From the NCBI GenBank assembly GCA_964036045.1, contig OZ038378.1:118420001-118484000 (forward strand): a stretch of 64,000 bases of DNA, written 5' to 3'. Every line of letters begins with the position of its first letter. Position 1 is the stretch's first letter. Origin of the DNA: Eutreptiella sp. 'Long Island Sound 2002' (Eukaryota > Protista > Euglenida). The notes under the pieces are model-generated. The model had not been told where the DNA came from, did no database searches, and worked only from the letters and a program-made list of their open reading frames with translations. Below are positions 1 through 12,050 of the stretch, one piece after another. Both the position numbers and the translations under genes were made by a program.

Positions 1-950
1 GCACCGCCTACAAGAAAGCTGGACAAAGCTCACCTCCAAGGCCGACGGGGACCTTGCCAGCCGAGAGAAAGGTCCCCACGAGGCCATCGTGGACCTCGTC
101 CTTTGGAGGGCACACCAGGTCACGCAAGACCAGCGCATCTGGATCCCCTCCATCAAAAGGAGCCAGGCCCTGACACACGAGACCCAAACTCACGTCTGCC
201 ACAGGAGAACCTTGAGCCTTCCACGAGCCTGAGCGGAGAAGGACCACCCGGCAGACGTGGACCACCGGGAACAATGGGAACAGGCCACCGCAGCGGAACG
301 CAACACCGCACTCCGCGCCACGAGCCCCTGCACAGACAGCAATTGGCCCCCGCCGGAGGTCAGGGGTACAGTCCTCCAACGCGTGACTATTGCGTAGTGC
401 AACCAACAGCACATCCAGATGCCTAACGGGTCCTCAGGGGAACGGACAGCATGCTCGCCTCAGGGACCGCACCTCCTGGGGCTTGGGGGAACCCACCGGC
501 CCAGACAGGGTCCTCAGGGGTGTCCTCCAACCGGGAGACCAAGCCCTGGCCCGCACGCTGGCCAGAATCACCTCGCGTCAGGCGGGCTACCACCAGGGGC
601 TGGCCACGCTCTGACCGTCCCAATGGATCCAGCGGCGCTGGCCACGCACGGCGGCCGCACCCCTGATCTGGGCCATCCCAGCCACCCACACAAAAGTTGA
701 GGCAGGCCCTGACACACGGAAGGACGCCCCCCCCAGGCCACGACAACCCCTCAACTGCATACACCACGCCATCCACAGAGTCCCTTGCCGCATGGACGTC
801 CGCAAACCCCTGAAGTACCCCCTTCCCACCACCCATCAAGGAGTGCACCAAATACGCACACACATCTGCGAAATCCTCGCCGCAGCCCCGATGGAAATCA
901 AACTCCTCCTTCAAATTGCCAGACCTACACTAGACTAGGCGTGCACAATA
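1..950 (+). pseudogene. Probable 3' (post-RNase H) remnant of a non-LTR retrotransposon ORF2
   Basis: Stitched + frames (...LQRVTIA*CNQQHIQMPNG...QIRTHICEILAAAPMEIKLLLQIARPTLD*) loosely parallel the C-terminus of the element at 10807-11300 (RWYARRSIHVPAG...TYRTHKYLQHAATLP...LLKLLFYQP*). Similarity judged by eye only. Confidence 0.35.
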
Positions 951-1499
951 CTGCAAGCCGACACAAACAGCGACACACAGCATGCAAACCCCACCCGACG
1001 CCCCCCATCTCTCCCTTCCCACGCCCCCACCAGTGGGTCACACAAGCCCGCCGGCGCGCACAGCCCGGGGCCCCACAACACGAGCCGACCCCCCCGCCTG
1101 AGCGCCAACACACGCCCGCCACGAACGCCCCCGCCATGCATAGCTCGCCGCTCCGCACACCCGGCAACCCACACACAACCGCCACAACAAGCCCCACGCC
1201 CCACAGCACACCCAATGAGCCGCACACGCCCCCCACACACAGCCCGCTAACCGTAAGGCTGACCCTCCTGACGCCCAAATGCAGCCGGCGCACACTCTTT
1301 CCCCCCCCCGGGCGCTGAAGCGCACACCCCAGCACGCCAGCAGCAAGCCAGGAAACTCCTCCACCCGGAACCGCCCCCCCCACACCTCGTGGACGAGGTC
1401 CTCTTCAACCTGGAACTCCTTTCCAAACCCGAGCCTGACCCCAAACCAAAACTAGAGCCTAACCTCGCATGCCTTGCTGGGCGGTGCACACCTTGGGGG

Positions 1500-3840
1500 T
1501 GGTGGTCCGGTGCCCGTGGGGGCACGTCCTGACATGGTGTGGGGCTTCTGGGGTTAGGCGCTCTCCCTCTCCCGGCTACCCAGCCTTGGGGCAGGTAGCT
1601 GGGGCCCGTTGCCCATGTCTTGTGGGCGTAGGAGGTGTAGGTATGAGGGCCCAGCACCAGCTCCAAGGCGCACGCTAGTGCGAGCTGGCGTTGCACGCTG
1701 TGAGGTTGGCAAGGGGGCTTCTCCGCGCGGGGCGCCGCACGCCTTCATGAGCTGCGTCCCAGGTTAGGTGCTCACCCTCCTCCGGCTGCCTGCGCTTCGG
1801 GCAGGCAGCCGGGGCTTGCTGCCCACATACTGCAGGTGTGCAGGCGTGGGGACCTGGCACTGGTTCTTTGGCTGGCATGCCTTGCTCGTACCGCAGGGTT
1901 GGTGGGAGGGTACCCGAGGGGGACTGAGGGGTTTGTGGTTAGGAGCTCCTAAATCCGAACGCCCCTCACCGCCCATGAGGGGCATCTGGGTGAGGGTGTG
2001 CGCCAACCCCAGACGCGCCTCATGAAGGCGCCAGGTGCCCCCCCCCGGGGAAGTCCTTCTGCCAGCCCTACAGCGTGCAACACCTGCTCGCAAGAGCGTG
2101 CCCTGTGGCACCGCTGCTGGGCCCTCATACCTACACCTCCCACACCCATGAGACACGGGCGACGGGAACCAGCTACCTGCGCCAAGGATTGGTAAGCGGG
2201 AGAGTGACAGCACCTAACCCAAAACGCGCCGCTCAACGACAACAGGAGCTCCCCAGGGCACCCTCCCGCCACCCCCGCGGCGCGCGACACCGGGCAGGGC
2301 ATGCCAGCCAAAGGGTCAGTGCCCGGTTCCCATGCCTGCACACCCGAACCCACAGTATGTGGGCAGAGGCCTCTTACTGCCTGCCTGTAGGACGGGCAGC
2401 TGGGAGAGGGTGAGTGCCTAACCCCAGACACCCCTCATAAAGACGCGAGGTGCCGCGCATGGGGAAGTCCTCCTGCCACCCCCACAGCGTGCAACCCACG
2501 CCAACTAGCAAGAGCGCGCGCCGTGGCCGTGGGGCCGGTGCTGCGCCCTAACACCCATCCCCCCCCGGCGCCCACGAGACACGGGTAGCGGGCGCCAGCT
2601 ACCTGGACCAAGGAGGGGTAGCCAGGAGAGGGAGAGCGCGAAACTCCAGACGCCCCTCACCTTGGCGAGAGAAGCCTCCCTCGCCACCCTCTCGCCACCC
2701 CCGTGGCGCGCTGCGCCCAGCAGGGCATGCCAGCTAAAGGGCCAGTGCGAGGGTCCTCACGCCTGCACAGCCGCACCCACAGTATGTGGGCTGCAGTCCC
2801 GACTGCTTGCCCCAAGGATAGGCAGCCGGGGGAGGGTGAGTGCCTAAATCCAGAAGCCCTTCATGAAGGCGTGAGGCGCCCCCCCTGGGGAAGTCCACCT
2901 GCCACCCCCACAAGCGTGCAACGACAGCTTGCAAGAGCGTGCGCCGTGGGGCCAGTGCTGGGCCCTGACACCCACAGCCCCCGCGCCCATGAAACGCAGG
3001 TGACGGACACCCGCAAGCTGCCCCAAGGACGGGTAGCCGGCAGAGGGAGAGCATGTAACTTGAGACGCTCCTCGCCTTGGCATGAGAAGCCTCCTCTGGA
3101 ACCCTCCCGCCACCCCTGCGGTGCACTAGGCCTGGCAGGGCATGCCAGCCAAGGTGCCAGTGCAAGGTTCCCATACCTACACGCCTGCAGCAACAGTATG
3201 TTGGCAGCGGATCCCGACTGCCTGCCCCAAGGACGGGCAGCGAGGGGAGGGTGAGCACCTAGCCCCAGAAGCCCCTTTCATGAAGCCAGAAGGCACCCCC
3301 CCCCCCCTGCTGAACTCCCCCTGCCATAACCACAGCGCGTAAAGCTAGCTAGCAGGAGCGTGCGCTGTGCGGCCGGTGCTGGGCACTCATACCCACACCT
3401 CCCACGCCCACGAGACACGGGCAACAGAAGCCAGCTACCTGCCTGGAGGGAGGGTAGCGGGAGGAGGGAGACCGCCTAACTCCAGACGCCCCTCACGCTG
3501 ACGAGAGCAGCCTCCCCCGGCACGCTCCCGCCTACCCCCGTAGCCTGCAACGCCCAGCAGGGCGTTCCAGCCGAAGCGCCAGTGCCAGATCCCCACGCCT
3601 GCACACCTGCACCCACGGTATGAGGGCAGCGGGCCCGGACTGCCCGCCCCCCGAAGACGGGCAGCCGGGCAAGGGTCAGTGCCAAAACCCGGACGCCCCT
3701 AAAAAAGCCATGGGCTGCCTTCCCCGGGGAAGTCCTCCTGAGAATGCCACAGCGCACAACGCCAGCTGGTAAGATGGTGTACTCTGGGGCCTGTGCTGGG
3801 CCCCCATACCCACAGCCCCCGCGCCCAGGAGAAACAGGCA
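1500..3840. repeat. ~420-bp tandem satellite (about 4.4 copies, 2000-3840) plus one inverted copy (1500-1950)
   Basis: Anchor cctcatgaagg-like recurs at ~2018, 2435, 2859, 3277 and 3699. Each unit has two ~210-bp subunits sharing ggga..gag.gcctaacccc. 1500-1950 is the reverse complement of the unit. Confidence 0.85.
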
Positions 3841-3899
3841 GCACAAAAAAAACTCACCTCAAGAGTGTTGACCCAACACCCCTAGTTTTGAACGAAAAT

Positions 3900-4266
3900 A
3901 GCCCATGGGTACCCTAGCAAGTGCGAAATCCGTTCAGATTCGATAAAACCAATAATGATCAACAAAACTACCTTTCATACAGGTATCAAGGGTCCTTCTG
4001 GCAAGCAGGGCAAGGGCGGATGTCCACCTCATGTCCCAGGCTCTGACACTGCGCCATCGTGCGAAGGTAGGCTCGCCAACGGATCAGACCGCGTTCCGTG
4101 ATGGTGTTGTATACCGACAAGGATTTGCGCATCGCTTGCTCCGGGTCCTCCATGTGGAGACCACATAGGCGACGGGCCGCGGTTTCCACCAAACGGTCCG
4201 GGTTGATCACCCGGACAGTATTGTGGGTGAAATAGACCCAGGGCGCCTGGAGCCCCTGGATCCAGC
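3900..4266 (-). pseudogene. C-terminal fragment of a non-LTR ORF2, cut by the LTR at 4267
   Basis: ORF 3986-4210 LCGLHMEDPEQAMRKSLSVYNTITERGLIRWRAYLR resembles LLRTHAEDPQATAAHMQRTVVAKTAGQLTYRTHKYLQ at the end of ORF2 of the 5610-14195 element. Confidence 0.35.
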
Positions 4267-4787
4267 TGTTAGCCGTAGGCAGCAGAGTACAGACTCCGGC
4301 GATCGCGACTCATCTGCGAGGACGCTCGTGAGGGATAGGCCTGACAACGTAATACAGACGACATCAATACTACAGAGTACAGACAGAATTGCGACAGAGC
4401 ACAGACAGAAGTACGACAGAATAATTAATGATTATCAAATAGCATGGTGATTGCATTTTACACATCGTGTATGCATGTGTTCTGTAAAATATTCTGAGAC
4501 TGGACTTCTGTGTGTTGCACAGGGTCTTTGTGACCATGTTGACCGTAGATTCACAGATAAGTTCAACAATTACGACGTGTATGAGCAGTACGTTGCTTTG
4601 AGGGCAAAGGTACAAGTGTGGTCTGGATTTTGAAACAAAGTTCAGGTGTTTTGCAGCAATGGGCCCGTTGCAGAAGCCTAGTGGCTTATCAGTTGGTAGC
4701 ATCATCAGGTGCTTGCAGCGTGAATCTCTGACTTTCTGATCTATGCCTGAGTGCTGAGTACATCGTTTCGTGAATCCATGGTTAGCA
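4267..4787 (+). repeat. Left (putative 5') LTR
   Basis: Starts TGTTAGC. 4267-4686 aligns with 25103-25521 at roughly 92% identity (about 30 differences in ~420 nt by manual count). The right end (…GTTAGCA at 4787) is tentative. Confidence 0.8.
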
Positions 4788-5364
4788 TCGGTGAGGTAGG
4801 TAGGTAGGTAGGTATCTTCGGGAGCTCGGGATGCCTCCCTTGACATTGCAGGAAGAAGGTCTTACCAAGGGGACGTCCTGTCCCTCCCACTGCCCTATGT
4901 CAGGTGCCTCTTGAGCCGCTCCCGCATGTGCTTGGGAAGGCATTGTCGCGGCCACCCGGTCCATGTGTCCCAGGTTGGAGGGTGTCCCCACATGTGTCCA
5001 TGGGTAGGGCCACATGCCCCCTCCTTTGGGCGGCAGCTCTGGGGGCTGCCCAGCCGTGTGGAGTATCTCTCACCACAAGGGGTTTTGCTCCTGCTAGTCT
5101 ACGGTACGTCCGCCTCACCCTTGTGGCTTGAGTTGCGGGGCCACTCTGCTTGGCAGACGACCCCCTCCTGGACTGTATACCGGCTCGCCTGTCACCGGTT
5201 GCTTCCATGGCTCCGGATGACGTTTGCCATGGTCCCCGATGCAGCCTGGCCGGGCTCGGACCAGTGGCCTTGGAGTACCGCTCCTGCCACTGTCCCGGTG
5301 GGTCGGCTGGGTCGCCCCAGTGCGTCCGACCCATGGGGTGTTGGTTCTTTCCTGTCCCTCGGCC

Positions 5365-5560
5365 GCCCTACGTGTGTGCAGTGTCCTGGGCCGCTTGGCT
5401 CCTGTTCACCGGTGTGCCCGCGCGGTTTGCTGTGTTGCGTCTGCGGTGTCCTGGGCCACTTGACTCCTGTTCACCGGTGTGCTCGCTCGGTGTGTTGTGT
5501 TGCGTGTGCGGTGTCCTGGGCCACTTGGCTCCCGGTCACGGGTGTGCGCGCTGTGTCCGG
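5365..5560. repeat. ~62-bp GT-rich tandem repeat, 3 copies
   Basis: gtgtcctgggcc(a/g)cttg(g/a)ctcc unit repeated three times. Confidence 0.8.
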
Positions 5561-7689
5561 TGCGCGTGTGCCATGGGTGGTTGTGTCCCTCTTCCTTCCC
5601 CCCTAATTTTCGTTTTTTTTTTCTTTTTGATGGAAAACAAAGAGAAACTGGGGCGAGCGTACACTGCAGGCACAGGCACGGGCAGCTGGTGCGGCGGTGC
5701 AAAAGTGTTGTGTCCTCTGGCGTGTGTCGTCGGTGCTGTGGCGGCAGTCGCGCCCCAGGGGCGCGGCTCGCGCGTCCTGATGTACACGGGCTTGGGCCAG
5801 GGTGGGTTTGGTTAGGTGTCTCTTTGCTTCTGGAGCTGGCTGGTTAGGCGGCTGTGTGGGCTGTGGGTGTGGGCTGTGGTTACGTTATTCCCTTTGCGGG
5901 CCTGGTTAGGAGTCAAGGGTTAGCGGCTTCGGGGTGTGGCTCGGATTTGATTTATGTTTGGGTTTCGGCTTGGTTAGGTGGTTGCGACGGTAGCAGGCCT
6001 GGGTTCATGCCTTTGGGCGTAGTTGTGCCCGTCGTCGTGTGCGTTGGCGTCCTTCGGCGTCCGGTTTGTTTGGTGACTTCTGGGCGGGGCCTGGCGTGGC
6101 GCCCCGTGGTGGTGGTTTGCTGGGTAACGGGGTGAATTGGCGGCGCCGCTGGCCGGGGGGTCAGGCGCGTCGTGTGGTGTGATGCGCAGGGCTCCTGGTG
6201 TGCTGTGGGTGCCGCCGGTGTCGGTGCGTCGACGCTTGTTGGGTGGTGAGGGGGTGTGTGTGTGCGGGGCTGCGCTTTGAATGATGTCCCACAGGCGGAT
6301 GCCGTCTCGCTGTGTCTCCTGGAGGGTCTCCCGCAGGCGCCTGAGGACATACGGGTGGTCCTCGGGCGCGAGGAGGTTGCGGGGGTGGACTCTCAGGGGG
6401 TGGAGCGCATCGGCCAGCATGGCTTCTGACGCGGCCTGCGGCATCCGCCCCCCCGCTGGCCGGAGGCGGAAGTTCTTCACCGACCCCTTGCAGGGCCGAT
6501 GGACCAGGCCCTCGAGCGAAGGCTGTCCCTGGGCCCACTTTCGCAGCTCCCAGAGCTGCGTGTGGGTCCAGCGCTGCCACCACTGTCCCTGGGCGGGCCT
6601 GCGGTCTTTGGCGGAGGAGTGGGCGTGGGTGGGTGTGACGGGGTCGTGGGGACCGGTGGCCGTGGCGGGCCTGGGGGATTCCTCGTAGTCCTGTTCCGTG
6701 GGGGTGCGCGGGGAGTGGGGGCGCGCGCGGATGTGGACCCGCGGGTGTGCGCGCACGGTCTCCGCCTCGGGGTTGGGCGGGGACTCGAGGTGGCGGCGGT
6801 AGTGGGGCATGCGCTGTATGTGGGCTGTCATCGAGGGTTGGTAGGGGGGCGGGGACGCTGCTGGAGGACCCTGGCGTCGTTCTGGCCTGGTCGGGGGCGG
6901 TCCGTGGGCCTGGGGTGCGGGCTTTGAGAGGTGGCGGGACGAGGTGCGCAGTGCTTCGGCCGCGACGCGCTCCGCTATGAAGGTGGTGGCGGCAGCGTCG
7001 GTGACGGTGGCGGGGCGCCGTGCTGGGCGCTGCTTCCTCCGGGCCTGGGAGGGCTGGGGCTGAATGTCATAGAGGATGTCCTCGGGGGGCCGGGCTCGCG
7101 CTGCCGTTGTGGCCCCGGGTTTTGACTTGGGTTTAGGCTTGGCTGCGGTTTGCGGTCGTGGCGCGCCGACGGGTTTGGGTGGCTGTTTGGCGGCAGTCTT
7201 GGGTTTCGGCTGGGTCGCGGGTGTGGGCCTCGTCTGGGCGTGCGCCTTGGCGGCAGCGGGGTTGCTCGCGGTGGGGGCGGGTTTGGGGGCCCGTTTGGGA
7301 GGTGTCCTCCGCGGCCTGGGGGGTGGAGTGCTGGATGAGGACGTGGTGGTGGTGGTGGATGAGGTGGTCTTGGTGGTGGAGGTTGTGGAGTCGAAGGCTG
7401 AGGAGAGGGCTGTGGGAGATGGCGGAGGGTTTTGGGCTTCGGGGGCGGGCGTAGGATGCTCGGTCCTGCAAGTAGTGAGAACGAGGGTGCGGGTTCGGGC
7501 ACCGGGCGTGTGCGCGCGTTTTCCCTGGTGATCTGTGTGTGCTGGTGCTGGTGTGGCGGCGTTGTCTCGGCTGCGCGGGGACGTGGGTTACCCGTGGGCC
7601 GGCCATATCTGCTCCACGACGTGCGGGTGTGTTTGCTAGAGGTATTTGAGGGTGCGGAAGAAGCATCGCTGGTTGCCGGGCATGTCCTG

Positions 7690-8640
7690 CTCTGTGAGGT
7701 GGGGGTAGTATTGGGTGGGGGTGTCTGGGCCCGGCCACAGCAGCGCCATGAGGCGGGCTGCCACCATGTATGGGCAGAGCTGTAGGGTGGTGGGGCGTGG
7801 GGGGGCTGGTCTGCTGCGGTTTGGGGGGGCTTCTCTCTGCTGGGGGCGCAGCCTGACCACCCACACCCACCGGTCCGTGGGGATCCCCCAGGTCCGTTGG
7901 GTCCACTTGGCGAGGCAATACATCGCCCTACCAAGGCGCTGGCTGCCGCTGCGGATGGAGAGCAGCGTATCCAGGGAGTTGCGTTCCCACGTGCCCAAGA
8001 TGTGGGGGTCGTCCGGGTCGTCCCCCCTGGCGTACGTGTCGAGGCCTGGGTTTTGTGGGGGGGGTGCGTAGTCGGCGGGGAGGAGGGAGTCCGTGCCGTG
8101 TACCACCCTGTGGTCAGTGGGTGCGTGGTAGTGGGTGGTGGAGAGGGTGTAGTGCAGATTGTACATGAGGTTCATGTACGTAAAGGGGGCTGGCTGCTGG
8201 TCGTCGGGGGTGGGGATGTCCCCCGGGACGTGGTGCCGGAAGTTGCTCAGGGAGGCCATCCGGGCTACCCATGTTTCCCGCTCCCACTCTCTGGTGTTGT
8301 TGGGGGTGGCGCCGGGTGGGGGTTTGGCCAAGTTGGGCTCGCGGTAGCGGGTGCGGCCCTGGGTGCTGTCCCGCTCCGGCAGGGGTGTCCGACTAGGTGT
8401 CGCCCACAGCCGATGGGGGGCACCCAGATCCGGCTGCCCGTGGGGGGCGGGCTTTCGCCGTCTGGGGTGGCGCGTGGGGGGCGGTCGTGTCGGGCGACGT
8501 GGAGGAAGGCGTCGAAGAGGAAGTCTCGGACGCCTTCCGCAGGGTGGCCGCCTGGACCAGAGTGGCCGCCCGGATGCGGGTGCTGGTGCCGAAGGTGCGG
8601 AGGCACAGCAAGTCCTGTTCCCCGAGTCCCCGGAGGTGCT
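7690..8640 (-). pseudogene. Ulp1/SENP-like (peptidase C48-like) cysteine protease region
   Basis: DLLCLR...GVRDFLFDAFLHV...MNLMYNLHYTLSTT (His 8152-8154)...VVHGTDSL (Asp 8089-8091)...RPQQ (7837-7842)...QLCPYMVA (Cys 7774-7776). The order matches clan CE, but the spacings are longer than canonical. Confidence 0.55.
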
Positions 8641-11157
8641 GCCGTACCGCTGCGGGGTTGTGTAGGGCGTAGGGTTCGGCCGGTGCGGCGGCTGGTGGTG
8701 CGGGGTGTGATGGGGGGGGTGGAGTGGGTTGGGGGGGGTGGTCGTCGTTGTCGCGCGTGGGGTCCGGTGATGGGGTCTCTTGTGGCGGTCGCGGGAGGGG
8801 GGATTCGCGGCTGGCGTGTGTCGGCGGGGGCATCAACGTCAATTGGCTGGTGCTGGCTGCCGCGTGTTGCGTCCGTGGCCTGGTCTCGGGGGGGGGGGGC
8901 GGGGGGGGGGGGTGTGGGGTTGGCGCTGTTGGTGGACGGGGGGGGCGGGGGTAAGTGTTATGCTGGATGGGGGTCTGGGCGTTTCTGTGGGTCGTGTGGG
9001 TGTTGCGTGTGTTCGCCGTGCGGTCCCTGCGGTTCTAGGCTGGTTTTGGTGCCGGGGTGTGGGTGGGAGGCGGCCGCATGGGCGTCCGGGTGGGGCTGTG
9101 GTCCGTATGTAATGGGTGGCTGCTGGTGGATGGTGCTCGCTGGTATGGGGTGTGGGTGGGGGGGCGGCTGCTGGTGGTGGGGCGTTCCTACTAGGCCCGG
9201 GTGTTGCTGGTGTGCGTGCGCGGCTCCCCGCGGGTCCATGGGGGTGTACCGTGGCTCGTGTGTCGTGGGCCCGTGTAGCGGGGGCGGCGGGTGGTGCTGG
9301 ACCGCGTGGTGGTGGTGTTGAGGGTGTGCTGGTTATGTGTGGTACCCCGGCGTTGGTGGGTGTGGTGGTAGGGGCTGGTGGTGGTGGAAGACGTGATGGT
9401 GTGGTGCGGTGATGTGTGCCATGTGGGGTGGGTGGTTCGTGGGGCCTGGATGTTTTCGGGCGTGGTGGGGATGTAGCTGGTGCGGGTCGCTGTAGCATGG
9501 GAGTATTAGGGGGTAGGGGTTGGGAGGGACGGGGGCGTGGTGGTGGTGTTGGTGGTGCCATGTCCCCTGGCTCTGCGCGTATGGTGGTCCTGGCATGGTG
9601 TGGACGTGTGTGGGCGGTGGTGGCTGACTGCGCTGCAGGGTTTGGGTGCTGCGGTACGGTGGTGGTGGTGGGCGCTGGCGGGGGCGGTGTTGTTGGTGTG
9701 CCCCGGAGGTCTGGGCGTGGGGTGGTGCGGTGTGGCTGGACCCGGGCCCTGGTCGGGGCGTCGCGCCCTGCTGGCGGGCGCGCCGGCGGGCTCCCTGACC
9801 TGTCTTGGTCTTCTTGGCCTGGTGGGTGTCGGGGGCGGGTGAATCCCCCTGTCCCCGTTGGGGCGACGGGGAGCGGTCGTGCCAGCGGTGCGCCTCTTGG
9901 AGGCTTGTCTTGAGGCCTCTGACGTAGGTGCTCTGGTCCGTGAGGCCCATCCGTGTGGCAGTGGCCTCGTCGGGGGCGGCCAGGTGGGCGTCCCGAAAAG
10001 ACGCCCAGCCCTCCGGGGACTTCTGTTGTGCGGGGTGGGGTTGGTGTGCCGGGTAGAGGAGTGCGCTGAGTGGGTAAGGTGTTCCCTTTCGTCGGCCGAG
10101 GGCGGTGTTGAACCGGCGGCAAGTGATTCGGAGGTAGGCTGCTATATCCTCTGGTGTCGTGTCCGCCCACGCTTCTGGCGTCAGGGCTGCTGCTTGGGGG
10201 GCCGGGATTTGTGGGTCTGGGAGGTGTAGGTCACGGGGGTGGAGGTATAGGGCGAGGAGGATGTGGCTGGCTGCCACGTTCAAGCCGCCTCCGCTGTGGC
10301 GTAAGGGTGGGCTGTGGGGGGGCAGGGGTGTGCTGCCCGTGGCCACGGCAGTGGTCCATGCGTGGTCCGCCGCGTCCGCCACGTAGTACCCTCCCAGGTG
10401 GTCCTGGAGGGTGTCGGTGAGTGGCCCGAAGAAGCTGGGGTGGCTGGCGGGGGGGGGGTGCGGCTGGGGCCGCGGGCCGCTGGCGGTGGTGGGGGTTGAG
10501 GTTTCCGCAGTGGGGGCAGTGGGTGAGGCGGTGCGCGGCTCCCGGGCAGACCCAGTGGTCTGGGTTGCAGGGCAGGGCCGTCTGTGGTAGCCGCTAGCGT
10601 ACACAGAGGGGACATGCGGTGGCTGACGGTTGGTGGCACCTGTGGACGGACGGCGGCGCCGGGGGATGGGGGCTGGTGGCGCGCGCATGCTGGTGGGAGT
10701 GCGTGCGGTGCCTGTGGTGCCCGTGTGTGCCGTGCCAGTGTTGTGCTCGGTGGATGGTGTGTAGACGTGGTGGGGGTTCCGTGTTGGTGTGTCATGGGGT
10801 AGGTTCTCATGGTTGGTAGAACAGGAGTTTGAGGAGGTGGGCTTGGTCTGTTTGGGGCAGGGTTGCTGCATGCTGCAGGTATTTGTGGGTGCGGTATGTG
10901 AGCTGCCCCGCTGTTTTTGCAACGACCGTCCGCTGCATGTGCGCCGCCGTGGCCTGGGGGTCCTCCGCGTGGGTGCGTAGCAAGGTGTAGACGGCAGTGG
11001 GGACGAGTCCCCTGCGGACTGCCTCGAGTACCTCCGTCTGCTTGAGGACGGTGGTGAGTTGCTGGGTCGCCGGGGACTGCGTCAGCCATCCGGTGTGCTG
11101 TGCTATGGTGTGGGTTGGGTTCCAGTCTGTGAGGGTGTCCAGTCCTCTGTACAGGGG

Positions 11158-11209
11158 GCACACCTTGAAGTGGTTTCAGGTTTCATCTTCCGCGTGGCCA
11201 CAGACGCAT
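11158..11209 (-). pseudogene. CCHC zinc motif of non-LTR ORF2
   Basis: CVCGHAEDET*NHFKVC; the TGA is likely a decayed TGG. Confidence 0.7.
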
Positions 11210-11604
11210 TTGGTGTATCCTGCGGGGACGTGGATCGAGCGGCGCGCATACCATCGGTGGTATCGGGTGAGGAGGGGAGGCTGTTGGAGGGCGAGTTGGA
11301 GTCGGGGTTTTTGTTGGTGTGCTGGGAGGCTATTCAGGGGCAGGGCGGAGTAGTAGAGGGGGGTGTGGACGGAGTCTTCGAGGCGTCGGAGGAGTTCGGT
11401 GTTCGCTGGGTGGCCCAGTGTGGTGGCCAGTTGCTGGATGGGTGTGGGGTAGTGGTACTGCTTGTCTCGATCTGTGTACGGCGTGTCCTCGGGCATCCAT
11501 TGGGGGGGCTGTGTGGCCGGGGGTATCGGGGGCAGGTGCTGCAGGTGGCTGTGGTGTGGAGTGTCCAGTCGCACGTGTTCGAGCCCTGGGGTGTGGCTGG
11601 TGTT

Positions 11605-12050
11605 CTGGTGTTTGGCCTGCGTGTCTGCGCGTTCATTGCCGTATGCGTAGCGGTGTGACTCCTGTTTGACGATGTGTAGGGCGTCCTGGGGGTGCATGCC
11701 CCTGAAGGCCATCCATAGTCCCAACGCTTGTGTGCCGAGGCCTGACTCGAGTGCCTTGCGGAGGGGCAGGTCCGCAAGGCGGCTGGTGAGGTGGATGTCG
11801 ACCGTGGCGTCCACGACTACCTAGATGTTGCGGGGCCGGATCGTTGTGGGTGGCGGTGTGGCGGTGACGGCGTCTGCCATGGTGCGCAGGTCGCCGTGGG
11901 AGGACGCCCCAAAGATGGTGGCCCCGGTGTGCTGTTCCACGTGGAGGCCGTCCGCGTGCCTGGTGATGCGCACGGAGGCGCAACGGACCGTGGGGGTGCG
12001 TTGCTTGGCGCCGGATGCGTCAGTGAAGTAGATGATGTCGGTGTCGCTGG
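11605..12050 (-). pseudogene. RNase H domain of the non-LTR element
   Basis: IIYFTDASG...GASSHGDL...VDATVD...VKQESHRYAYGNERADTQAK, with a frameshift near 11815. Confidence 0.85.

Noticed and set aside
4451-4633. 60-aa ORF present in both LTRs
   Set aside because: No ATG start, and differences between the copies are mostly non-synonymous, so there is no sign of selection.
7897-9321. Long + strand ORF (474 aa) and similar G/V-rich ORFs
   Set aside because: Antisense shadows of GC-rich - strand coding or low-complexity DNA.
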